Assembly (NCBI GenBank): GCA_000934665.2
Contig: JYFJ02003462.1
Location: 1 to 41,176 of the forward strand
Reading direction: 5' to 3'
Source: Catajapyx aquilonaris
Lineage: Eukaryota
DNA length: 41,176 bases
The position numbers were made by a program, and so were the translations under genes. Under the pieces are notes generated by a model. It saw only the letters and a list, made by a program, of their open reading frames with translations, was not told the origin of the DNA and ran no database searches. Shown piece after piece: positions 24,855-35,283 of the stretch (its first letter is position 1; the number at the start of each line of letters is the position of its first letter).

Positions 24855-26800
24855 ATGAGCGGGCGGGGAAGCAAGGGGAACGGAGGGAGGCACAGCCCAG
24901 AGATCAAGATCAAGGAGGAAATCACCTACCCGACAGGTTATGATGAATCAGGCTATGAGAGTCGGACCACAATGAATGGTGTCCATGTGATGCGTTTTGC
25001 CAGACGTCCTGCCTGGGAGTACAGATGTGGGCTTATAGGTTCGTTATTATATGTGTCCATTGCTTGCAGATGTGAGCTCAGCTCGTGATCGCCTGAAGGG
25101 CCTCTTGAAGGAGCTTGTGGTGCGCTCCGAGACTGATTCAGATGGCTCAGATGACTCTGGCGGTGAAGGAGCAAGCAACCATGCTGCTTCGACGTCTGCG
25201 TCTGCACCCAGCACTCCTGCCCCAGGGCCATCCCGGGGGACCTCATCCAAGAAAGGGTATTTTAATTTATGCGTTGCAAGCTTGCAGTTCAGCATGACAG
25301 ATATTCCAAAGGTTATAATCTGGAATCTAGAATCAATGAAATAAATCTCTCTTATGCATTTATATATATTTTTAAATAGTCAAAAGTCCTTGGCACGTTT
25401 GGTATGGTCACTTTTATTAAAGCTTGCCAATGCCCATCTTGCATTCTACAGGAATGAAACCTTTGTTGACAATAATACACGATGTTAACTACTCCTCTTG
25501 TTCTTTTTTAGGTCTCAGTCTCTTAACCGGCCACAAGGAAAGCATGGGTATGTTGATTCAGCTCTCTTCCCAATGTTCTGTCAGAAGTGTCCTGTGCTGG
25601 TAACACTAGTTAATGAAAATAATGTTCTTTGGAAGCATATGTACTACCATGTAAGCACTTAGCATCCAGCAAATAATTTTTATTTTTGTTACTTTGGCAT
25701 TGCCTTCATAACACAATTTCCGTGTTCATACTTAATTCTTCTGATGATCAATATAGAAAGATAAGTACGGTTGTTTAGAAAGGCTCTCAATGCTATATCT
25801 TGTAATTCCTCCGAACATTGACATGTAAGAAGAGCATCAAGGATGGGGATGGATGTTGTAGGTGTCTATTTTTTGTTGATAGATCTTAATAATTATGTGC
25901 CAGAACTATTTGTGAAAGTAATAAGCAAGTGTGGTTTGAAATATACACTTGTATACTCGTCATGCTGTGATTTTAACTTCTCTGCTCATTTCTAGGTCAA
26001 GCTCTGCAGCCACCCCATCATCATCTTCCACCCCTCCACCCTCCCGCCCACTTTCTGCACCTGGCTCTCGCTCCAGCCGCAAACGCCGCCGCCGCAGCGA
26101 TGCCCCTCGAGACCAAGCTGCCCCCTCATACGTGCTCAAGCTCTTTGACCGCAGTGTGGACCTTGCCTGCTTTCCGGAGAACACTGCCCTGTATCCTGTA
26201 TGCCGGGCATGGATTCAAAACCGACCCCATGCTCCCCCTGGTTCAAGCCATCCAGTCTCCATAAAGCATCTGGCAGAAGATGATGACCTAATAAAGCCGA
26301 AAGTGGAGAAGAAAGACAGAGAGGATGGCGAGGATGAAGACAAGAATGAGGAAGAGGAGGACATTAAGCCACTGTACAACATGCCACCACCAAAGCCAAG
26401 ACCAGCGATTGATTTGAGGGTGCCATCACCTGAGCCACAGCCCAAGAAGCCAACGCCTATTGGTACAGTGCGGGAGAAGGAGAAGGAGAAGGAAAAGGAA
26501 AAGGAGAAAGAGAAAGATGAGGATGGTGTGGAAGGGGCCACCAACTCAGAAGGATCTTCCTCCAGACCCACTTCTCCACTGCCAACACGCTCTGCACTGC
26601 TCACACAGCACTTGCTGCATTGGTGGAAAGTACGGCGCAAGTAAGTGCCCCATGTACTGGAATTTTGTGTAGCATGCTTGGGGAAGGCATGACTTTTCAA
26701 CATGTCCTTCTGTTATTGCAGGTGGAAGAAGGCAGCACAGAACAATGAGCAGCGTTTTGCAGCTAGTGCTGCTAAACTGCATGCCATGTACAACAAGTAA
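24855..26800 (+). CDS. LIN37: Protein lin-37 homolog (MuvB/DREAM subunit), 5 exons, 342 aa including a 36-nt microexon
   Basis: Exons 24855-24936, 25070-25256, 25512-25547, 25996-26640 and 26722-26800 with phases 1,2,2,2. Motifs [26 protein letters not shown]...[11 protein letters not shown] and [23 protein letters not shown]. Confidence 0.92.
26472..26518 (+). repeat. Coding (Glu-Lys)n low-complexity repeat in LIN37
   Basis: GAGAAG/GAAAAG hexamer run encoding [14 protein letters not shown]. Confidence 0.85.
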
Positions 26801-27779
26801 GAGCAAGCAGCATTGCCAGATGGCAACTGCAGGTGCAGCAATAATGTCATTTTTTTTTTAACTTTCAGGAGTGGGGCTGCCACTTTGACTGCAACAATAC
26901 CATGACCTACGCTTTTGCAGGCAGATCATCAGGGAACTTGAAGTAAGCTGGTTTTCGCCTAAAGAGTCACGCAGAATTGTGTGTTGCAGTGTTGGGTGTT
27001 AGTGCTTGCATTTTGTTTCTGTGCTGACTGCAGGAGTTCCTGATTGGCAAGTGATGCAGTCAACTTTTACAATGTACTCTGCCGTAGAATAGTACTGATG
27101 TCACAACATGAACAGCGTAGCTACATTCACAGGATTGTGACATAGTCACTATTGTAAGGCTGAAAACATTAAAGCTTGGGACATGTTTATTGCATTCATA
27201 TATCATGTTTAAGAGTGAGGAGCACCAGACTCACAGTCTGTGAAACAATTCTAGCTAGATTGACCATATTATTAAAGGTTGGTTAGTTTTTTGCCACCAA
27301 TTAATATTATGCAATCCGGCCAGATTAGTTTTTTTGTGGAGTTGAGTGCTCCCCACCCTAAGTGATTGTCACGACTTTTATTTTGATTTTTACCGAATTC
27401 TTTTTTTACGTTGTAATGACTTCCCGCCATTCCTTTGTTTGATATTATTAGATCTTTAGAGGTCCTTTACTTTTCAGGGAAACCTGAGGATATTCCAATT
27501 TGTAACTGGATAATAGCCACCCTTTTCAGGTACTAGTGAAAAGTGTAGTAACATCTCGAACAGAGAACCAAAAGCTGGAAGTTTTTTTCTTTGCGATTTC
27601 AAGTAGGAACACTTGTAGTAATGAAATGATGAAGAGCGATGTGAAGTTTTTTTTTTGCTTAAAATAAAATATTTTAATCACATTAAAAAGGGTTATTGTG
27701 TATGATGTATTTGTGTTTTTCCGAAATACATTGATGCTGTGCTACTATGCAATGTTATGTTCATTTTCTAAAGGGTTCA

Positions 27780-28601
27780 GCTTTCAGAACAAAGAGAACG
27801 TGAAAGACAAGCAGACTGGAGTGGCGTTTGAAAGAAGCGCCTGAGAGGTAAACCGCGTCCCTGGCGGCAACCACCTGCGTTTCTCTCCACCCACCCGCTC
27901 GAAGGCGTCTTTTTCCACATTCAGCCGCACCCTAGCCCACCGCCGGGCTCCATCTCCAAAAGAAATACAAATGCTGTGTCCCCCCCCTAAATGCTGCCCT
28001 AGGGCGACACGACCTTTCGGATCAGCCCTGCCCTCCAATAATTCGTGGGCCAGTTACGAAGCCGATGAGAGGGATAGAGCCGGTGCGATCCGCTGTGGCC
28101 AGACTGATGCTGAAACCGGACCCGTGTTGGGGGGTATCCCCTGTTGCCGCTCTGTGGAGGGTAGCCCTGGGGTGGTAGAGGCAGGCTGTGGGGTGTAGTT
28201 GGTGGTGGAAGGTTGGTGGGTTGTTATTTCAGCGGAGGGAGGAAGAGGAGGGGCATTCTGAGGAGGGAGGCAAGGGAGAGGGGAGTCGCCCTTTCAGAGG
28301 GAGAGAGAGAGAGGCCGCCCCCGGTGAGTGAAGCAGCGAGGAGGACAGCATCATCCCAATACAACAGGACAACGTAGGCAAGGAAAGGGAGGAGGACGTG
28401 GTCGAACAAAGAGGAAGGAAGGAAGGAACCCGCTGGTGGTGACTGGTGCGGGAGATGGAGACCGGTGGTGGCCGCGCCCCACTCAATCACACGCCGATCA
28501 TGCACCAGGACCAGCAGAGTGCAGCATGGTGACTTGCTGGTAGCCGGCGCCTGTACCTCCACACTCCACAGAGTCGGACCCAAAGGGAGGAGGAGTGAGT
28601 C
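27780..28601 (+). promoter_or_regulatory. GC/CpG-rich promoter and 5' leader of RAB35
   Basis: GC-rich, CpG-rich block directly upstream of the RAB35 ATG, with a G-rich tract at about 28165-28225 and purine-rich leader sequence. Confidence 0.6.
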
Positions 28602-31600
28602 ATGGCAAGGGAGTACGACCACCTCTTCAAGCTGCTCATCATTGGAGACAGCGGTAATGTCCAGCAGTGTGTGCTGCTTGTGGAGGGTGTCACATGTAGC
28701 GTGTAAGGCAATGGCAATCGTGCAGCCATGCGACACCAACATGTAGGGTTGGGTCATCCAACAGCATACGAATGCAAATGGCAAAGAGGAACATGTGGTT
28801 TTGGGTGTACTGCAAGTACAATCTGGAATTAGACACTTGATTGTAAGCTTACTGAGTACATTGATCAGTGGGAGGATAGGCAGCCATATTTTATGTGCGT
28901 TTTATTCCTCAGCATGTGGCAGCTTACTAGAATAACATGTGAAAATATACATGGGCTGTTGACACTTCATTATAGTGGCCTTGAAAAGTTAAAATGTTAC
29001 TCTTCTCCTAGGCAATAAATATGAAATGAAATATGTGCACATTATAACAGACAGGTAGGTAAATGAAATATTGTGTAGTGGAATTATAAAATCAATACGG
29101 TTTGCAGCACCAAGGCTCGAATTACACTGGATAAAGTAATTATAATCCCTCTGCCACACTCTTGTGACGGTAACATTACCAGCTTGTACGTTTCCATTAC
29201 GTACAGAGTCTGCAATGAACAAGCCATCTAGTCTGGTCACCCTAGGAAACTAGGCAGTATGTGTAAATAATTACAAGTAAACAACCAGCTATCCATGTAA
29301 GTAAACTACCCTGTGTGACCAGACTAGGAGTGAAAGGGACAGTTTCATTGGACAAGGCAGAATTTATTTATTACTGACCAATCAAAGGATCGCTAGTTAG
29401 TGTCTGCAAGTGTTACCAGATGCAAGTTATGCTTTTGACTGTTTTGAGAATCAACTGATTGGCTTCGTGGAATGTGAGGTGTAAGCTGAGTCACTTACTG
29501 AGCGATAAGATGGCCATTTTCATAAGCACAGGAAAATGCAAAGATATTGAGCATATCTAGGAGGAAGTGGAATGTTGATTCTTAATTCAAACTTCTGAAG
29601 GTAATCTGTGCATGACTAATTTATATAATTAATGACTCATTGAGAGTCTGTTTCACAAAACATCATAGAACGGCTTTGCACATCTTCCAAGAATGATTCT
29701 TGGCTATAATCTAAAGTAGGTTTGGAATGTTGCATCATATTAAAGTGGCTCCTTTGCCTTTAATGTCAACACTTTACAGCCTTGTAATGGTGCGTGACAA
29801 AAGCAGCATTGTTAGGCTGACCAAGCAAATGTTGACCTAGCTTTGCATTTGGGGCCTTGATGCGTCAGTGTCAACTCTGCACCCAGTTAATAACAAGTGC
29901 CATCCCAATTTGCATACTTATATAGAACAGGTTTGTGCACTCCCTTTATCCATGGACTGAGATCCGCAGGCAAAGTGGGGGAGCCGTAGCCTGTGGGTAT
30001 TAACGTGAATGTCGATGACATTACCTATCCCTTGTCCTGCAGCTGACAGTTGCTGGCAGCACCTTATTAATTAATTCTGCCAATATTGCCTGTATGGCTA
30101 GTAATTTTGGCTGTAGTTAAAGGCAATACATTTGGTGTCTCTGATTGTACACAAACCTACATTGAATTTAAAATTTAAAACACCCATAAAGCAGTGAACA
30201 TGGGAGGCATTCCCATTTGCTTGGCATCTATTGCAACAGCAAAGTAGATAACAACCTATCATCTCCCCCTCCCCCCACCTCCCATTTTAATTCTGGCCAA
30301 TGATGGGTCACTTCCTTCTCACACTCAGCCAACTACTACTTGACCAAGGCATGTCAGAGGTGGGACACGCACTACAAAACCTGTTGGGGTGGCCACCTCG
30401 TTGCCAATGTTCTGCATGACGAGTTTCATTGCATTTTGCCCATTGTGTTGAACAGTGATTTGGAATGGCTCCCTACACTGAGTGACTCATTCCCCTGCTC
30501 CATTATCAGATGAGGAGGTGATTCTTTATCAATGGCCACCACAACCATGTAGTGGTCATAGCATTGATTAAATTAGAATGAGGCTAATCTTATCAATCAA
30601 GAACACAAGCTAGTTAGAAGTCACATTAAAGTTTAACTGGTGGTTGTGCCACTGCGAAAGAATTAGTGTAGGTCTTAAAAATCACTTCCTTTGATTTTCC
30701 ATGCCTTTCTTTATGAAACAAGCTCAGTGGGTACTAAGATCCTTCCGGTTTTGAGCACATAATAACTGAACTTTATGACCCATAAATTTTCTATGCTAGT
30801 TTATTTTGAGTGTTGAAAAAGCTGGGAAAGTGGCCCGGCACTCATTTCGATTTTTTTCTTTATCCCTTTTCTAATGGAATTCCATGTTGCAAAATTTTCA
30901 AGGTGTCGTGGCAGCCAGTAAGCCCATGCCTCTCCATGCCAGTGAGAATGCCAAGGGTCAGATTTCATAGAAGGGGAGAGCTTATCACCAGACAAGCTGG
31001 CCAAGTCTCCTCATATGTCACTGATAACAGAGCTGTAGCTTGGATCTCTTCATTCACTTGGAACCCAAGATTCCACATGTTTAATGCACAATAATTTTCA
31101 CAGCCTGCAATGCCAAATTGAACAGTGTTACAATTCTGTAACAAAAAATTTGAAAATATGACATCACTGTCACCTGAAGTTCATGTGGATATTATGTGTA
31201 CTGTACTGACTCATAAGTTAGCACAAATCTTGATTACACTCGCCCATCATGTTGTCACCTGATTAATATGTACTGTGACCACATGTGCTACTGTGCCAAC
31301 TTGCATACAATTGAGGCGCCACTATTTTTGACATTCTTGTACTTTGATTTCAGGAGTTGGGAAGAGCTCTCTTCTTCTCCGCTTTGCTGACAACACTTTC
31401 TCTGGCAACTACATTACAACAATTGGTGTGGACTTCAAGATTCGTACAGTTTCTGTTGATGGTGAGAGAGTGAAGTTGCAGATCTGGGACACAGCAGGCC
31501 AGGAACGTTTCCGCACCATCACCTCCACATACTACCGAGGCACTCATGGCGTGATTGTGGTGTATGACGTGACCAGCGGGGATTCCTTTGCTAACGTACG

Positions 31601-31907
31601 GCGATGGCTCCATGAAATAGATCAGAACTGTGACTTTGTGAACCGCATCCTGGTGGGCAATAAGAATGATGATCCTGATCGTAAGGTGGTGCTGACAGAG
31701 GATGCTCAGAGGTTTGCAGACCAGATGGGGATTCAGCTGTTTGAGACAAGCGCAAAGGAGAACATCAATGTAGAAGAAATGTTCATGGCTGTCACACGTC
31801 TTGTTCTTAGAGCCAAGAGGGAGCAGAGGGAGAGGCAGGCATCACATGCTAATGACACCGTCAATCTCAGGCGTGCTGCAAGACAGCCCAAGCGCAAGTG
31901 CTGCTAG
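28602..31907 (+). CDS. RAB35: Ras-related protein Rab-35, complete, 2 coding exons, 201 aa
   Basis: Exon 1 28602-28653 ([18 protein letters not shown]), phase-1 intron 28654-31353, exon 2 31354-31907. Contains [58 protein letters not shown] and a polybasic KRKCC prenylation tail. Confidence 0.97.
29228..29326. mobile_element. Small MITE-like element in the RAB35 intron
   Basis: Perfect 13-bp inverted repeats CTAGTCTGGTCAC (29228-29240) and GTGACCAGACTAG (29314-29326). Confidence 0.65.
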
Positions 31908-33899
31908 CCAAGGCTGGATGTTACCTTTGCCCATTGGTACGGTTTATAGCATTATTTTTCTTGTTGTTCTATTCAAGTTGGTATAAATTTGTGGCTGAAA
32001 CATGAATTGCAGCTTGAAGGATTTAAATTTTTTTGCTGGTACTCACAAGTGAAGTGTAAAGATGATTAGTTAGATCCCCTGCTTTATTGTCATGTGATTT
32101 GCTAGAAGAGTGGTGGTCAACATTTTTAGCATGCTGAAGAATAGCAGGCCAAATGAAGTTAACTCGGGCCAAAGATCTTCACCGTTGTGTTAAAGTTTTC
32201 ATATTGAGAGTTAGTTGCCTGGGCCATAGTCACTTGTATGTTCATGTACACCTCTGAGGTGTTCTGAGCAAGCTGTGATCAGGCTCTTCGGTGGTGCTCC
32301 AGGGTTCACTTTTTAAACGAATCATTGCCACCTTGTCAGCATAATGTAAATTTTTTTCACTGTTTTTAGGGCAAGACGTCGATAATGCAGCAATGGATCA
32401 AGGAGGGTGCAGTTGCAGACCTTTTCATGGCAAGCTTCTTCCTGAGGCAATGCTGTCGGATGGAGAGGTTGATGCAACAAAGGTCTGATTCAATTAACGG
32501 AGTTGAGAAAGCAGACCTTCCTAACACCCAAGTTTCTGTGATGACATGGGATGGAGAAGGAATTAACCTGGCAACCGTGAGAGTGCAAAAGATGTGAGAG
32601 TGACTTTTGTGCGACTTGAACTAATTTGCTTATGAGCTGTCCCCTTCTTGTTCACATTCTGCATGCGAGTGGAAAGCGAGGCCAGCCAATTAACTTTGTT
32701 GTTGGTCTGGAAACATGACTACCAGTGCAATCAAGACAATAAGCAGCAGGAGAGACCGTGTAAATAACTAAATGTGTGCTCCATTGCGATATGGCAGGGT
32801 AAAAGATGTTTGGTACTATTTCCCACCTGGCCCCCCCCCCACACACACAGATTCACCAACCATGATTAATTTCAGAATTGCACCAGTGCGCGTGAGAGAG
32901 AAGGAGATTTGTAAAATAGATTTGCTTTGAATTTTTGTAGACTCTGTAGAATTGAGTTGTGCAAGTGACGAGTTAATATTTTGTTTGCATGGACTACAGT
33001 GATTATAACTTTCAATTTTTGTATATGTACAGTAATATTCCTAATGTTTAATATTGTTTGTCCTGCAGACTGGGGTACAGTAATTCCAAGCAGGTCCACA
33101 ATAAAAACGTAACAATAATGATAATCAGTGCTCAATATCCCACTTAAGTCAGATCATTCCACACAAGCATGATTTATCACCTGCTTGCAAGGAAGTGAGA
33201 TTTGCTCACTCTGCTCTCCGCATCCCTTCTGCAAAGGGTGGATGTCTTTGACACCCTTTTTTCCGACACTAACAGTGTGACCACCTCAAGCAGCTGCGAC
33301 TGCTTCCTTCCCAAAGAGTATGTGGATAGATTCCAGTGACATGGAATGAAGAGCTAACTGGGTTCTCCTACCCCCTCAATGTGTGTATGTGTGCACATAG
33401 TACATGTACTGTGACGCCATGTAGAGGATGAATTCATGATTTGCATTAAAAGAAATTTTGACACAAGGCCCTGAGTGACATTCCTGCTTCAACAATATTC
33501 ATGCACTTGGTTAGTGTTCTACTGAATTATTACGGCAAGGATGGTGGGTATGGTACACTGTCTAAGCTGGAAGCCCATGTTGACAAAAACTGGCACCAAA
33601 GGGCGGAAAAACTTATTAGCATATGACCTGGTTGTTGAGCCCCCTTTCATGAGGTGGTAGGAGCAGTTTCAGCCTCTGTCTAAACTCGAGCGCGCCCTAT
33701 TGAGATAACCAGTAGGCAATGCGTCAGTGCCTCTGAGCTCCGAGGTCTGAGCCTCCGACAATGTCAACTAGTACGTGTTGATGCATGCGCTGCTGCCCTC
33801 TGATGATCGAGCTGACGACGTTCCCCAAATGCATGCGCATCGTGCCGATCTGTGACGGTTCAAACCAACACCAAGTTCAAAGCTTGCTGCGTAACTTTA

Positions 33900-34182
33900 T
33901 TAAGGGCGTTTCTTTTTGCATTTTTTGACAGCAAATATGAATTCTAAGGTGTCTGAAACCTATTATTCATACTCCATTCATACCAGGCATGTCACAAACA
34001 GGCCCACGGAAACCCAAGTGCAAAATGCATGTCCATGCCTATACTAGTAATGAAAAACCAAATAAGAGTACAGATAATAATTATTGTGATTGGCATGAAT
34101 CAAGTATGAACGTAACCTATAGGTATTCGACCCCTTAGAATTAATATTTCCCGTCAAATTTGCAAACAGACACGTCCTTTAA
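33900..34182. mobile_element. TTAA-flanked MITE (Kolobok-like)
   Basis: About 50-bp imperfect TIRs TTAAGGGCGTTTCTTTTTGCATTTTTTGACAGCAAATATGAATTCTAAGG / CCTTAGAATTAATATTTCCCGTCAAATTTGCAAACAGACACGTCCTTTAA. TTAA on both ends followed by purines fits Kolobok rather than piggyBac (CC ends). Confidence 0.75.
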
Positions 34183-34610
34183 AAAGTTACCGATTATTTT
34201 AGGTTTACTGCTGTAAGCCCGAAGCAGGTACTACTCTTCTACCCCTTCCTACCCTGGCAGTGTTGCCATTTACAGCACTGCTATTTTTTGGAAGGTTCAT
34301 CATGTTCTACTTCATGTTCTGGTTTCACCCACTTTTCGGAGTTGAGCAAGACAAAGGACAAAAGCTCCCCTGGCTCTGCTGGACAGATACCGTAAGGAAA
34401 CATGGCCTTTGCTTAATTATTACTCTTCTCTGACTGTGATCCTATGTTTCTCCAGCCATTTGGACTGGTCCAGTACATCACCATGCCTCAGCTGTCTGCA
34501 GAAAATGAAAGTGATCCCCAAACGCCTCACACGACATGGCACGAAGTACAACCAGACCGCTGCACGGCAAGAAACTCCTGAGCTGTACAATGTGGTGACC
34601 TCCATCAAAG

Positions 34611-35283
34611 GAGAATGAATATGTCCTGCAGGCTCTACACCATGCCGCTAATACAGGGAATGTGGCCTTTATACGCTGGGTGCTGAGAAACTACTGGAGT
34701 GCTGGAATCCCTCGGGCAGATCAAGAAGACAGGAGGGATGGGTTAATCTATGCAGTGGCTCTGACTGGGAATGTCCAACTGTGCCGGCAGCTTATCAATG
34801 CAGGTGCCAGCGTGAGTGCCAAGGATCCAAGTGGGGATGAGCCCATTCACTACTCTGTGCGGGGAGCCAGCTGAAGATGCTGAAGTTTCTCCTGGAGAGC
34901 GGAGCTGACCTGAAGACAAAAGGGAACACATTGCACATTGTGGCCCGTTTTGGACGGTACAAAATAGTTCGCTTTTTGCTGAAAGAAGGTTATGCTCGAG
35001 ACTTGGAAGGCCTTATCCCCTGGCACTTGTCGGACATGAGGAGGGGCAGTGATGTGGCTCAGCTCCTTAACATCAGTACGTTTACTGCTAACTTGTCATT
35101 TACATGCACTGTGGTTGTAAGACATGTCGTCAGAGCATGTGGAATGGGAGGGAAAGTTTTGGGACCAAATCAATACTCTGAGCCTGTCATTTTTAACTTG
35201 CACGATGGACCAATACTTGTTGTGATGATTCTTACAACCAAGTGCATGCCCCTTTAGTTGATCATTACAAGTGTCAGCCATAA
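34611..35283 (+). pseudogene. Ankyrin-repeat gene, frameshifted/decayed (probable non-processed pseudogene)
   Basis: About 4-5 ANK-like units: ALHHAANTGNVAFIRWVL, LIYAVALTGNVQLCRQLINAGASVSAKDPSGDEPIHYSV, QLKMLKFLLESGADLKTKG, TLHIVARFGRYKIVRFLLKEG, ARDLEGLIPWHLS. The frame changes at the GGGG run 34861-34864 and there is an in-frame TGA upstream at 34596-34598. Candidate intron 35076-35257 and AATAAA near 35437. Confidence 0.72.

Noticed and set aside
25736..25785. CTGATGA...GAAA minimal hammerhead candidate
   Set aside because: Stems I and III do not pair convincingly.
28455..28604. N-terminal extension of RAB35 by stop readthrough from the in-frame uORF
   Set aside because: Two in-frame TGA codons (28530 and 28596) intervene.
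19033..28784. Long antisense or alternate-frame ORFs (19033-19551, 20074-20424, 26215-26703, 28224-28784)
   Set aside because: Shadows of real exons or of GC-rich leader sequence.
29975..30385. tRNA/SINE-like fragments (A-box-like at about 29985, tRNA-end-like at about 30355; similar at 7704, 14945, 20640)
   Set aside because: No locus has both A and B boxes or a cloverleaf; too degenerate to call.
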